Positions 22,101 through 31,900 are shown, numbered from the stretch's first letter. The stretch is DNA of 64,000 bases from Candidatus Krumholzibacteriota bacterium (GCA_963727455.1 CAVSGG010000012.1:64001-128000), one strand, 5' to 3'. A program made the numbers and translations. The notes: generated by a model not told the origin, from the letters alone.

Positions 22101-22180
22101 ACGAGCCCCAACACCAAGAGACTCACCAGAACCATCAGAGTCGTGACGTGACGGCGAATGGCGATCTCGGGAAGGGTCAT
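19154..22180 (-). CDS. RND efflux permease (AcrB/AcrD/AcrF family)
   Basis: 1008 aa; GMLVDNAVVVMENI, GIVVNNGIV, RLRPILMTALTT. Confidence 0.95.
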   Translation of the reverse strand: MTLPEIAIRRHVTTLMVLVSLLVLGLVALVRLPLAFMPEFERPQLFITLPYANASPEQVERMVVRPVEDAVGSVKGLNNMWSMCSSDGGRIRLGFSWSTDLNVARTEIWEKVDRVRRDLPEDLGDIRVSNNWDDRDADAPILEGRLSSERDLSASYDLLDRRIVRPLERIPGVAQVRMDGVAPKEVRVNLKVDALQFYDMDVRQVLRVLQGSNFDMSLGKIEEGERRYSVRTLSTLGSVEEIKDLPLREDGLKLSDVADVQYAEPPLEYGRHLDGRFAVGIEVTQEAKANTVEVGRALKKRIAEMNSDPELEGVNFLVWFDQGEEIEHTLRDLAFSGVFGTILAGLVLLLFLRRVGITLIAVMCIPFSLVVTCGVLWSQGHTLNTLTLLGLIVGVGMLVDNAVVVMENIFRHREMGEDQKKASLLGAKEVSTAVVAATLTSVIVFLPLIFNKPSEMNIYLRELGITVCISLLASLFVSQTLIPMATSWFVRRRPGPKGRLMVGLEDHYQSLLAFNLRHRWLAPVIGIAILASAYIPFMRVDKNFDTTQSELFVGMRYDFSEDMSLARKEKIVSQVETALEKHKKEMNARSIYSFWSDRFTLTRIYLKKGEATNENFAKVRTLLPKIIPPIAGVKVEVQENRQQWRMDRGKRVAFQIVGEDSEVLARLAEEAKARLMQIDGLSEPFSSMDEGSEEIHVQLDRELLSRYGVSPTQTAQIVGLTYRGRRLPRYRTPEGEREMRLTLDEQKVETFAQLKNLPIWTESGARIPLASMAALQEVPGAQRIQRDNRLTSLWVGASYREGRGQDYMPQVAAAMNSMHFPYGYRWTFGRWQERNKEKSREFLVNLCLALLLVFAVMAGLFESVRQAIALMVALPFALAGAMWTLYLTGTDFDQPAAVGLLLLIGIVVNNGIVMLEHINSYRRAGMPREEAMLKGGRERLRPILMTALTTLIGLVPIVVQKPTIGGVYYYSIALVIMGGLLVSTFLTSVLLPTTATLVEDTVAGAGRG

Positions 22181-25100
22181 TCCGAGACCTCCGTGCTCTC
22201 GCTCGCCTTGACCCGCGAAGGAACGATGACATAGGCGGCAGGGATCACGACCAGAGTCAGCAGTGTGCTCAATGCCAGACCCGAAGCCACCGTGATCGCC
22301 AGCGGCGCGCGCAGTTCCGAGCCTTCTCCGAAAGCGAGTGCCATGGGCAGAAGGCCCAAAACGGTGGTGATCGTGGTCATGAGAATGGGCCGCAGGCGCA
22401 GGTGTGCGGCCTCGATCACGGCCGCCCGCTTCTCGACTCCGGCCCGGCGGCGGCGGTTGATGGCATCGATGAGAACGATGGCGTTGTTCACCACGATGCC
22501 GACCAGCATGATGACTCCGATCAACACGATCACGCTCACGTCCGTGTGGGTCGCGAAGAGACCGGCCACCACTCCGACCAGAGCCAAAGGAATGGTGAAG
22601 AGCACCAGGAAGGGATGCAGGAAACTCTCGAAGGTCGCGGCCATGACGATGTAGACCAAGAACACGGCCAAGAGCAGTGCGAAGCGCAGACTCGAGAAGC
22701 TGCGCGCCATCTCCTCCTCCTGCCCGCCCATGTCCACCGTCGTGCCTGCCGGGGAGGGCACTTTCGCCAGCACTCGCTTCACGGATTTCACCGCGTCACC
22801 CAGGCTGTGCCCCTTCAGGCCAGCGCTGATGACGGCCGCGCGCTGTTGTTGTACGCGGTGAATTTCGGAGGGTCCCGTTCCCAAACGAACCTGCGCCACG
22901 GTGAGAAGGCGGATGGGTTCGCCGTCGGGCCCGGGCAACACGAGATTCCGCACGTCCTTCACCGAGTGGCGCTCCTGCTCGAGATTGCGAACGCGGATAT
23001 CGATCTGCCGGTCCCCTTCCTTGAAGCGCGTGGGCACGGTGCCCTGGATTCGGTCGCGCAGAGTCTGCGAGAGTTGTCCGAGGTCCAGCCCCAAGGACGC
23101 GACGCGGTCCCGGTCGAAGATGACTTCGACCTCCGGGCTCCCCGCTTCCAGGGAAGAGCGGACGTCGACCAGCCCGTCGATCTGAGAGAGAGCGCTCGCG
23201 ACCCGCAGCGACCAGTCGCGCAGCTCATCCAGGTCCTCGCCGAAGAGATAGACCTCGATCGGCGTCTGCAGACTGAAGTAGGTGGGCCTCCCGCTGTGGA
23301 TCTCCACGCCGGGTGCACTCTCGTACTCCTGCCGCAAGGTGGACATGACCCGCGCCTCGGCCTTGTCGTCCCCGCGATTCTTGAGCACCACGTTGAGCTG
23401 GGCGAGGTTCTCCGCTTTGGTGTTCAGGCTCATCCCCCCTGCCACCAGGCGGCTGCCCACCGTGGAGTAGATGGTTCCCACCTCTTCCTGCGCGGCAGCC
23501 TCGGCCTCCATCTTCTTCATCTGGCGGTCCGTCGCGGCCAGCGAGGTCCCTTCCGGCATCTTCAACTCGAAGAAGAACTCGCCCTCGGTGAGGGAAGGCA
23601 GAAGCTGCGTGCCCAGCCGGTTCACGGACGCAATCGAAACTCCAAAAAGAACCAGCGCGATCAACAGAGTCATCGCGGGGCGTCGGGTCGCGCCACGCAG
23701 GAGACGGTCGTAGTAGCGCTCGAAGGCACCCAGTTGCATTCCGGCCGGCGCGATTTCCGATGCCGTCGCCGATGCCGATGTCTTGTCCTCGCCCAACCCG
23801 CTCAGCATGGGGATGACGGTGAGCGCCACCGCCAGAGAGGCCAAGAGACTGAAGGTTACGGTGAGGGCCTGATCGCGGAAGAGCTGGCCCGAAATTCCCT
23901 GCACGAAAACCAGGGGCAAGAAGACTGCGACGGTGGTGAGCGTGGAAGCGGTGACCGCCGCCGCCACCTCGAGGGTTCCCTCGATGGCGGCCTTGCTCCG
24001 CGACATACCGAGCTGGCGCTGCCGATCGATCGATTCCAACACCACGATCGAATTGTCCACCAGCATGCCGATCCCCAGGGTGAGCCCCCCCAGGGACATC
24101 ACGTTGAGCGTAATGTTCGCCCGGTACATGAGCAGGAACGCCGCGACCACCGACAGCGGAATCGAGGTGGCGATGACCAGGGTCGCACGCCAGTCTCTGA
24201 GAAAGGCCAGGAGCACGAGTACGGCCAGAATTCCGCCGATCACCGCGGCGGAACGTACTTCGTCGACGGCCTGCTTGATGAATTCGGATTGATCGAAGAG
24301 CCCGGTGAGCTTGTAGTTCTTGGGCAGTTTTGTCGCGTTCCATTCGTCGATGCGTTTGTGAAGGCGTCGCGCCAGCTCCACCGTATTGGCATCGCCCTCC
24401 TTGAAGATGTCGATTTCGACCGATTCCTTGCCATTGACGCGGGTGATCTCCTCGCGTTCCTTGGTGCCGCGCTTCACCTCGGCGACGTCACCGAGCCGCA
24501 CCACCCCACTCTCTCCGCGGAAGACGATGAGGTTGGCGATCTCGTCGACGCTGTCGAACTCGTTGATGGTGCGAATGAGATAGTGATTCTGCGCGCCGCG
24601 AAGCGATCCCCCAGGCAGGTTGACGTTCGAGACGCCGACTGTCTGCGCGACTCGGCTCAGCGGAATGCCCAGCGCGGCGAGCCGCTCCTGGTCCACGTTG
24701 ATCTGGATCTCGTCCTCGAGACCGCCCTTGACCGCCGCCGAGGCGACGCCAGGGATGGACTCCAGGTCCTGCTTGAGCTGCTTGTCGGCGAGCCGCCTCA
24801 GAGCGGCCAGATCATCGCTGCCGGAGAGGGCCAGGCGCACGATCGGATCGAGCGAGGGATCGTAGCGGAGCACGATGGGGTCCTCGGCTTCCTCCGGGAG
24901 CACGATGCGATCCAGTTTCTCGCGCACGTCCATGGACAGCATGTCCATATCCGTGTTCCAGTCGAAGTTCAGGGTGACTTCGCTCACCCCCGAGCGGCTG
25001 ACGGAGTGAATTTCGCGCAGACCGCGCAGGACCCCAACCGCCTCCTCCACGGGACGGGTCACCAGGGTCTCGACCTCTTCGGGAGCGGTATCGGGGAACT

Positions 25101-25251
25101 CCGTCTGCACGGTGAGGCTGGGATAGGAAATGTTGGGAAAGAGCTCCAATGCGAGCCGTTGGTAGCCGACGAGGCCGAAGGCGGTGATGGCCAAGGCCAC
25201 CATCACCACGGTGACCCGCCGACGCACAGCCGTGGCGACGAGGGCGCGCAT
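22177..25251 (-). CDS. RND efflux permease (AcrB/AcrD/AcrF family)
   Basis: 1024 aa; GMLVDNSIVVLESI, GIVVNNAIV, RLRPILMTT. Confidence 0.95.
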   Translation of the reverse strand: MRALVATAVRRRVTVVMVALAITAFGLVGYQRLALELFPNISYPSLTVQTEFPDTAPEEVETLVTRPVEEAVGVLRGLREIHSVSRSGVSEVTLNFDWNTDMDMLSMDVREKLDRIVLPEEAEDPIVLRYDPSLDPIVRLALSGSDDLAALRRLADKQLKQDLESIPGVASAAVKGGLEDEIQINVDQERLAALGIPLSRVAQTVGVSNVNLPGGSLRGAQNHYLIRTINEFDSVDEIANLIVFRGESGVVRLGDVAEVKRGTKEREEITRVNGKESVEIDIFKEGDANTVELARRLHKRIDEWNATKLPKNYKLTGLFDQSEFIKQAVDEVRSAAVIGGILAVLVLLAFLRDWRATLVIATSIPLSVVAAFLLMYRANITLNVMSLGGLTLGIGMLVDNSIVVLESIDRQRQLGMSRSKAAIEGTLEVAAAVTASTLTTVAVFLPLVFVQGISGQLFRDQALTVTFSLLASLAVALTVIPMLSGLGEDKTSASATASEIAPAGMQLGAFERYYDRLLRGATRRPAMTLLIALVLFGVSIASVNRLGTQLLPSLTEGEFFFELKMPEGTSLAATDRQMKKMEAEAAAQEEVGTIYSTVGSRLVAGGMSLNTKAENLAQLNVVLKNRGDDKAEARVMSTLRQEYESAPGVEIHSGRPTYFSLQTPIEVYLFGEDLDELRDWSLRVASALSQIDGLVDVRSSLEAGSPEVEVIFDRDRVASLGLDLGQLSQTLRDRIQGTVPTRFKEGDRQIDIRVRNLEQERHSVKDVRNLVLPGPDGEPIRLLTVAQVRLGTGPSEIHRVQQQRAAVISAGLKGHSLGDAVKSVKRVLAKVPSPAGTTVDMGGQEEEMARSFSSLRFALLLAVFLVYIVMAATFESFLHPFLVLFTIPLALVGVVAGLFATHTDVSVIVLIGVIMLVGIVVNNAIVLIDAINRRRRAGVEKRAAVIEAAHLRLRPILMTTITTVLGLLPMALAFGEGSELRAPLAITVASGLALSTLLTLVVIPAAYVIVPSRVKASESTEVSE

Positions 25252-26426
25252 CAGGAGGAGGACCGCTTCTGAGACCGGCCGCTCTCGTTTTGCGGCACAA
25301 GCGTGACCCCGTCGTCCTCGATGATGTGCAGGGGCTGCGCCGGTTTCAGATTGCCCTGCCCCTTCACCACGACTTTCTCACCGTCCTGAACACCGCTGAG
25401 GATCTCGGCCGAATCGTCGTCCTCGAACCCGACTTCTACCACTCGCCTCTCGGCCAAGGAATCCACCGCGACGTAGACCACGTCTTCGCCCTTCTCGTTC
25501 ACTACTGCGGCCCGCGCTACCAGCACGTTTCCCTCGCGCCGTTGCGTCTGGACTCTCACCTGGGCGAAATCACCGGGCCGCACCTGGCGGGGGAACTTGT
25601 CGATCTCGATCGTCACTTTGATGGTACCGGTTGTGGCGTCGATGACCGGACTGATCAGGGTGATGTGCCCCTGTAGCTTCAGACCATCGCTGTCGAGGGT
25701 GAGTTCCACCGGTTGCTGGACACTCAGGTTCCGAAACTCCCGCGCGGGCACGTGCAATTTGGCCAGCATGGGATGGAAGTCGGCGATGGTGAAGAGCGGG
25801 GTCCCCACGTTCACCGTCTGTCCCAACTCGATGGAGCGCTGGATCACGTCGCCCGCGAAGGGTGCCCGGACCTTGGTGTAGGACAGATTCAGACGCGCGA
25901 GATCCTCCTGGGCCTTCGCGCTGGCGAGATCGCTCTTCGCCGTCTCGAATTCTTCGACCGAAACCAGATGCTGGTCGACCATATTCTTCAAACGGTCGAA
26001 GTTCGATTCCAGTTTAGCTCGATTCGCTTCCGCTTCGCGCAAGCGATACAGGTACTCGTTGTTGTCGATCTCCATCAACACCTGGTCGGCCTTTACCCTG
26101 TCGCCCTCCTCGCACTTCAGGGACTCCACCACGCCCTGCACCCTCGCGAGGATCTGAGCCTGTTTTTGCGCCTCGAGAGTGGCGGTGGCGGAATAGTAGC
26201 TGGCGATCGATCCGCGGTGGGCCGACTCGACCGCGACGTTCGCGGCCGGTAGGGTTGGAGCGCCGGCTCCCTTGGACTGGGGCGGAGTTTTTCCCTGCGG
26301 TGGTCCCTCAGAGTTCTTGGCACCCTGGCACGACAGGAGCACCGTCGCGGCGAGAGTGACGAGTCCGAGCATGAGCGTCCGTCGAGTCCGAAGAGACGCC
26401 GTAGAATGGTGCGAACGGGAAGGCAT
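25251..26426 (-). CDS. RND periplasmic adaptor (membrane fusion protein)
   Basis: Lipobox LLSC; GVVESLKCEEGDRVK, coiled hairpin, VRAPFAG, ISPVIDATTGT. Confidence 0.92.
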   Translation of the reverse strand: MPSRSHHSTASLRTRRTLMLGLVTLAATVLLSCQGAKNSEGPPQGKTPPQSKGAGAPTLPAANVAVESAHRGSIASYYSATATLEAQKQAQILARVQGVVESLKCEEGDRVKADQVLMEIDNNEYLYRLREAEANRAKLESNFDRLKNMVDQHLVSVEEFETAKSDLASAKAQEDLARLNLSYTKVRAPFAGDVIQRSIELGQTVNVGTPLFTIADFHPMLAKLHVPAREFRNLSVQQPVELTLDSDGLKLQGHITLISPVIDATTGTIKVTIEIDKFPRQVRPGDFAQVRVQTQRREGNVLVARAAVVNEKGEDVVYVAVDSLAERRVVEVGFEDDDSAEILSGVQDGEKVVVKGQGNLKPAQPLHIIEDDGVTLVPQNESGRSQKRSSS

Positions 26427-26677
26427 TGAGTGTCCTCTTGAGGGGGGTCTGAGGGGTGGTAACTCGCCGAAGCATCGCTATCTCACCAGATTGTAGCCAA
26501 AACTAAGCACGGCGGAGCAGCCTGCCACTCTACGTCGGTCCTTGGCGGAAGGTTGCTCCCCAATCCGGATCGGGACAGGTATAGTACGCTCATTGTCGCC
26601 AAGATGCGATAGGGAGAAGGCCCACGGTCGTCTCGCGGCCGGGGACGGGGTCCCATCCACCCCAAGCGAGCGTGGCC

Positions 26678-27925
26678 ATGTTCGTCAAATTCTGCCTCTA
26701 TTCGGTATTCAAGAACCTGCGCTTCTTCGAGCCCTTCTTCGTGCTGTATCTTCTCGCTCCCATGGACCGGGGCGGGGCTCAGCTCAGCTACCTGGCGATC
26801 GGCACCCTGGTCGGCTACCAGAAGCTGCTCACGGGAATTCTCGAGATCCCCCTCGGCGTGGCCACCGATCGTTTCGGGCGGCGCAGCGCCCTGATTTTAT
26901 GCTTCAGCCTCTACACTCTGGCCTTCCCCTGCTTCGCATTCGCGAGCCAGCTGCACGGCGGCGCCCTGCACGGCATGCTCTATCTTGCGCAGACTCTCTT
27001 CGGCATCGGTGAAGCCGTGCGCACCGGCAGTCACAAGGCCATCATGCTCGATTGGGTGACCCGCGAGGGAGAGATGAGCGAGGTCACGAGACTCATCGCT
27101 CGCACGCGATTTTTCTCCAAGCTCTCCTCGGGTCTGGCAGCGCTCGTGGGTGGCTTGGTGGTCTGGCGCATGGCGTCCTTCACCCCCCTCTTTCTCGCGA
27201 CCACCGTTCCCGCCTTTTGCGGGATTCTCCTCATGTTGAGTTATCCGAGCTGGCTCGAGGGAGAGCAGCGGCGAGACGGACAGCGCCGCGTTTCTCTGCG
27301 GCAGGGGCTGAGCCGTCTCTTGGCCCGCAAGGGCCTCTGGCCCGTCTTCGTCGCCTCCCTCCTCTTCGAGAGCCAAGTGAAGCTGGCGCAACATTATCTG
27401 CAGCCTTTCCTCGCGGCAGATCTGAAGGCGCGCGAACTCGCTCTGGTGGGAGGAATCGGAGCCGTGCTCGTGGGTGCCTTCTACCTGGTGCAAGGAGCGG
27501 TGGGAGCCGTCGCCGCGCGCCTCTCTGCCCACGCGGAGGAGACGCTTGGAGGAGTAACGAGCGGTCTGTCCGGCATCTACTTCAGCTTGCTTCTGGCCAG
27601 CGGATTCATGGCGCTGTGCTTCAGCCTGGGCTGGCTCTCCTTGGGCTTGCTCGGCTTCTTCGTGGTGGCAGCTCTGCAGAATTTGCGTCGCCCCATTTTC
27701 GTCTCGGGACTGAACCAGGTCATGGACCCCGCGCAACGAGCGACCACCCTTTCTCTGGAAAGCCAGGCGCGCTCGTGGTCCGTCGCCCTGCTCTCACCTC
27801 CGGTGGGCTATCTGGCCGACCGCATGGGGATCGCGGCCGCGTTCGCCGCCATCACCCTTCTTCTGGCCGTGGGCTTGCCGCTGCACTTGCGGCGCTTCAA
27901 CCCGAAGCTGGACGCCACGAGTTGA
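26678..27925 (+). CDS. MFS transporter
   Basis: Motif A EIPLGVATDRFGRR; multiple TM segments; GYLADRMG. Confidence 0.9.
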   Translation: MFVKFCLYSVFKNLRFFEPFFVLYLLAPMDRGGAQLSYLAIGTLVGYQKLLTGILEIPLGVATDRFGRRSALILCFSLYTLAFPCFAFASQLHGGALHGMLYLAQTLFGIGEAVRTGSHKAIMLDWVTREGEMSEVTRLIARTRFFSKLSSGLAALVGGLVVWRMASFTPLFLATTVPAFCGILLMLSYPSWLEGEQRRDGQRRVSLRQGLSRLLARKGLWPVFVASLLFESQVKLAQHYLQPFLAADLKARELALVGGIGAVLVGAFYLVQGAVGAVAARLSAHAEETLGGVTSGLSGIYFSLLLASGFMALCFSLGWLSLGLLGFFVVAALQNLRRPIFVSGLNQVMDPAQRATTLSLESQARSWSVALLSPPVGYLADRMGIAAAFAAITLLLAVGLPLHLRRFNPKLDATS

Positions 27926-27934
27926 GCTCTCCCT

Positions 27935-28813
27935 TTACTGAGACGCCGGGAGCTTGGGCAGGATGACTCCGTCACCACCATAGACGGCTTCGTCCTTGTC
28001 GCTGTAGGCCGATTCGATCCAGCTCGATCGTTTGGCGACCTCCTCCAGAATCGCCTTCACTTGCGTGGCCGCGAAAGCCGCCACCAACTCGTCGGGGATC
28101 CATCCTCCCACCGAGGTCGCGACGGTCCAGGCCAAAAGCGTTCGCTTGTCGTCGAGTTTGCAACAAACATAGGCCCCGTAGTTGGTCGGAACCCAGACTG
28201 CCTCCTGCATCATCTTTTTCGTCACCTCGGGATGCTTGCCGGAGTCCACGAGTTCGGCCGCGATGCGTTTCTCGTTCGGCGCGATGTCCCAGGTCTGGGT
28301 CCAGATGTATCCCTCCGAGGCCTTGGCCAACGCCAGCTCGTTGCGAGCCGTCACTACGGTCTGCCGATCCTTTACTGGCCAGGGGGCATGGATGTACACG
28401 TAGTCGGTGCTGCCCCCCTTCCCATCCTCCGCGTAACGCTGCAGGGTGTAGGTGTCGTTGTGCGCATAGTCCGGATCGATCCCCGCGAGCCACACCGAAC
28501 GCATCGGCATCGCCACGATCTTGTAACCGAACACCCGGTGGTTCACCTGGTCCCTGTCGCCCTGTCTCCCCTCCTTGCGCCGGATCACCACCACCTCCCC
28601 TGCCAGCAGCTGCTGCATCTGATCAGGACTCAAGCCCACCAGCGAGTCCTTGGCGTGCGAGCTGTAGAATTCGATGGCACCCGCCACGGTGCGCGCCAGC
28701 AGGGAATCCGCGCTGGCCGAGGTCTCGGCCGAAGAGGCCTCTGCCTTCGCGCGGGCACCAGGCAGCGCGGCGAGCGCGAGCAGGAGGATCGCAAACGGGC
28801 GAGAGAGGCGCAT
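27935..28813 (-). CDS. Secreted protein with START/SRPBCC-like C-terminal domain
   Basis: Signal peptide MRLSRPFAILLLALAALPGARA; YVYIHAPWPVKDR and GGWIPDELV resemble START-domain signatures. Confidence 0.55.
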   Translation of the reverse strand: MRLSRPFAILLLALAALPGARAKAEASSAETSASADSLLARTVAGAIEFYSSHAKDSLVGLSPDQMQQLLAGEVVVIRRKEGRQGDRDQVNHRVFGYKIVAMPMRSVWLAGIDPDYAHNDTYTLQRYAEDGKGGSTDYVYIHAPWPVKDRQTVVTARNELALAKASEGYIWTQTWDIAPNEKRIAAELVDSGKHPEVTKKMMQEAVWVPTNYGAYVCCKLDDKRTLLAWTVATSVGGWIPDELVAAFAATQVKAILEEVAKRSSWIESAYSDKDEAVYGGDGVILPKLPASQ

Positions 28814-29004
28814 GGTGCTCACTTGATCGGGTGCTCTTGGAAACGATACCCAGGCAGTGGGAAAAGAGTAGCCAGAAGGCACCAGGGCCGAAAGGGCGCC
28901 GCCTGCTCTTGATCCAAGCTGGCGCGAGGATCTAGCTTGGCGGCGTTCCTGTAGCGATCGCGACGCGATCTTTTGCCCGCCCTTCTTGGAAAGGACCTGC
29001 CGGC

Positions 29005-30207
29005 ATGAAGCTGGTCGAACACCTCGGCAAGCGCCTCCTTGCCCGATCTGGAATTTCGACGCCGAAGAGTGAGCTCGCGAGCTCTTCCGCCGACGCGCTG
29101 CGCGCTGCGGAGAAAGCTCGAGGGGCCCGTGGTCGTCAAGGCTCAGATCTTGGCTCCCGGCCGTGGGAAGCACGGCGGAATTCTCTTCGCTGAAAACGCC
29201 AAGGAGGCGGCCGAAGCGGCCGAGCTCCCTACTGAACAAGAACTTCGGTCCGGAGTTGTGCAGTAGCGTCCTGATCGAGGAACGCTTGAACATCGCCGAG
29301 GAACTCTACCTGGCGTTCACGGTGGACGCTCCGAGTCGCCGACTGAATCTGATCCTCACCCGACACGGCGGCGGAGATGTCGAGAAGATCTTCCGCGAGC
29401 AACCGCAAGATGTGATCGTGGAGCCCATCGGCGCTTTCGAAACCTTCCATCCCTTCAAGGGAAGAGAGCTCGCGCTGAGAATGGGGCTGCGCGGCAAGGC
29501 GGTGTTGAAAGTCGGCGATGCCATCACCAAACTCGTCGCCTGCGGACGCGCGAACGATTGTCGTCTCGCCGAAATCAACCCGCTGGTTCTCACCGAGGAC
29601 GGGCAGGTCGTCGCGGCCGACGCAGTGATGAACGTGGACGAGGACGCCCACTTTCGTCTGCGCTGGATGAACGAGTTCGGATTGTCCATGGAGGAGGAAC
29701 GCCCCCGGCAAGCCACACCGCGCGAGCTCTTGGCGGCGGAGATCGACCGGGTGGATTACCGCGGTTCGGTCCATTATCAGGACATCAACGAGAACGGCGA
29801 CGTGGGAACGGTAACGGTGGGAAGCGGATTCTCCATCACCATGCTCGACGTCCTGGGCAATTACGGACTGAAGCCGGCCAACTTCTGCGACTGCTCGGGA
29901 AGCCCGCCCGCCGAAAAGGTCCGCAAGAGTTGCGAGATCGTTCTGAGCATCCCCAAGATCAAGGCCTTCCTGTTTCTGAGCGGGATCATGACCCAGGACC
30001 TCACCGTCACCGCCCAGGGGATCATCGAAGCCTACCGGGAACTGTCGCCCACCATTCCCTTCATGGTGAAGTTGGCGGGCAATCGCGATCGCGAGGCCTA
30101 CCAGATGATGGTCGATGCCGGTCTGCCCCACGTGTACCAGACGGGAGGATCCGGTGGAGTCGATCGTCGAAGACTGCGTCCGTCTTCTGGAAGAGGGGAA
30201 GAGCTGA
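29005..30207 (+). CDS. Succinyl-CoA synthetase beta-like ATP-grasp subunit, possibly citryl-CoA synthetase large subunit (frameshifts near 29120, 29225, 30143)
   Basis: MKLVEHLGK, VVVKAQI..GRGKHGG, LAEINPL, PANFCD; corrected C-terminus ...VRLLEEGKS* whose TGA overlaps the next ATG. Confidence 0.82.
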
Positions 30208-31121
30208 TGGCCATCCTCGTGAATCAAGACACGCGCTGCGTCATCCAGGGAGCCACCGGTCAGGGCGGCAAGCGCTTCATCCAACGCATGATCGACTTCG
30301 GCTCGCCACCGGTGGCGGGCGTCACCCCGGGCAAGGGCGGGGAAGAAGTGGCGGGGGTGCCCGTCTTCGACACCGTCAAGGAAGCGGTGGCCGCAACTAG
30401 CTGTGACTTTTCCTCCATCAACGTGCCTCCCGCGCTGGTGAAGGACGCTGCCTTCGAGGCCTTCGACGCCGGCATCCGCAAGATCTTCATGTACGCCGAG
30501 CGAGTTCCCTTGCACGACGCGATGCAGATCATGGCCTACGGCGACGAAGTCGGCGCCACCATGGTCGGCCCCAACAGCCCCGGCATCGTCAGCCCGGGCA
30601 AGTACCGCCTGGGAGGACTCGGCGGTGACAGAGAGTACGTGGCCGAGATCTTCAAGAAAGGTGAAGTGGGGCTGTGCAGCCGCAGCGGAGGCATGACCTC
30701 GACTTTGGGCTACACCATCAGTCAGGGCGGCCTGGGCCTCACTACCGCGGTGGGCTTGGGCGGGGACGCGATCATCGGCTCGCCCTTCACCAAAGTGCTG
30801 CCGCTCTTCGAAGCCGATCCCGAGACCAAGGCCATCTGCATGTTCTGCGAGATTGGCGGTAGCATGGAAGAGGAAGCGGCCGAGCTCATCAGGAGCGGAG
30901 CCATCAAGAAGCCGATCGTCGCCTTCATCGCCGGCCGCGAGGCGCGCGCCGGCTTCCGTTTCGGACACGCCGGCGCGCTGGTGGAGCGTGGTCGCGGTAC
31001 CTACGAGAGCAAGGTCGAAGCTCTGTCTTCGGCAAAGGTGGCCATCGCCAAGAATCTCAGAGACATTCCGGTTCTCTTGCGCGAAGCCCTGGGCATGCCC
31101 TCGGGCAAGGAGCAGTCATGA
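30207..31121 (+). CDS. Succinyl-CoA synthetase alpha-like CoA-binding subunit, possibly citryl-CoA synthetase small subunit
   Basis: IQGATG, GVTPGKGG, GPNSPG, SRSGGMT, phospho-His motif FGHAGA. Confidence 0.88.
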   Translation: MAILVNQDTRCVIQGATGQGGKRFIQRMIDFGSPPVAGVTPGKGGEEVAGVPVFDTVKEAVAATSCDFSSINVPPALVKDAAFEAFDAGIRKIFMYAERVPLHDAMQIMAYGDEVGATMVGPNSPGIVSPGKYRLGGLGGDREYVAEIFKKGEVGLCSRSGGMTSTLGYTISQGGLGLTTAVGLGGDAIIGSPFTKVLPLFEADPETKAICMFCEIGGSMEEEAAELIRSGAIKKPIVAFIAGREARAGFRFGHAGALVERGRGTYESKVEALSSAKVAIAKNLRDIPVLLREALGMPSGKEQS

Positions 31122-31900
31122 CCGACTACAGCTGGAAGACGAGTCTGAGCAAAGTCCTGCCCAACCTCATCCGAGTGCGGGGTTACGACATCAACGAGCT
31201 CATGGAGAAGCTGAGCTTTCCCGGCGCGCTCTACCTCTTGTGGACGGGCAAGGTGCCGGAGAAACCAACCGAGAAACTCATCTCTGCCATCATGGTCTCG
31301 AGCATGGATCACGGGGCTTCTCCCCCTTCGGTGAACGCGGCGCGAATCGTGGCCTCCACCGGAGGAACCCACAACGCGGCCATCGCGGCCGGCGTGCTGG
31401 CTCTGAACAGGTACCACGGCGCCGCGGTCGAAGACTGTATGCAGATGCTCGTGGACTTTTGCCAAGAGAAAGAGGAGAACGGCCAGGAAAACGCGCAAGT
31501 CGCCCATGCCATCCTCGCCCGCCTGAAGGAACGTGGCGAACGCGCCTGGGGCATCGGGCACCGCCTGCACACCGCGGACCCACGGCGCGAGACTCTCTTT
31601 CGCCTGTGCCGCAAATGCGGAGTAGACGGCAAGTACATCGAGGCGGTCGAGGCCATCGCCGCCGCGGTGACCGAGAAGGCCGGCCGGCCCATGCCGGTGA
31701 ACATCGACGGCTGCGTCGCGGCCTGCCTGTGCGAGATCGGATTTCCCAAGACCATGGCAAATGCGCTGTTCATTCTCTCGCGTTCGGCCGGGATCGCGAT
31801 TCAAGCGCGCGAAGAGATGGACACCCAAAAACCCATGCGCAAGATTCACCCTGCGGGTTTCATTTACGATGGACCGGAAGACCGCAAGCTCGAGCTGTAG
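31118..31900 (+). CDS. Citryl-CoA lyase (short citrate-synthase-fold protein)
   Basis: 260 aa; IRVRGYDI.EL, DHG..PPS, HGAA, GIGHRLH..DPR, VNIDG. Confidence 0.82.
   Translation: MTDYSWKTSLSKVLPNLIRVRGYDINELMEKLSFPGALYLLWTGKVPEKPTEKLISAIMVSSMDHGASPPSVNAARIVASTGGTHNAAIAAGVLALNRYHGAAVEDCMQMLVDFCQEKEENGQENAQVAHAILARLKERGERAWGIGHRLHTADPRRETLFRLCRKCGVDGKYIEAVEAIAAAVTEKAGRPMPVNIDGCVAACLCEIGFPKTMANALFILSRSAGIAIQAREEMDTQKPMRKIHPAGFIYDGPEDRKLEL

Noticed and set aside
22402-25272. Long antisense ORFs (956 aa here; also 67-1140, 20627-22234, 29229-30968, 37594-39300)
   Set aside because: Shadow frames opposite well-supported genes in high-GC DNA, with no recognisable motifs.
26542-26558. Possible sigma54 site TGGCGGAAGGTTGC
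   Set aside because: GG-to-GC spacing is 9 nt rather than the required 10.
29163-31121. Apparent 652-aa beta-alpha fusion of the SCS-like ligase
   Set aside because: Removing one G near 30143 gives a natural beta end (QTEDPVESIVEDCVRLLEEGKS*) whose TGA overlaps the alpha ATG at 30207.
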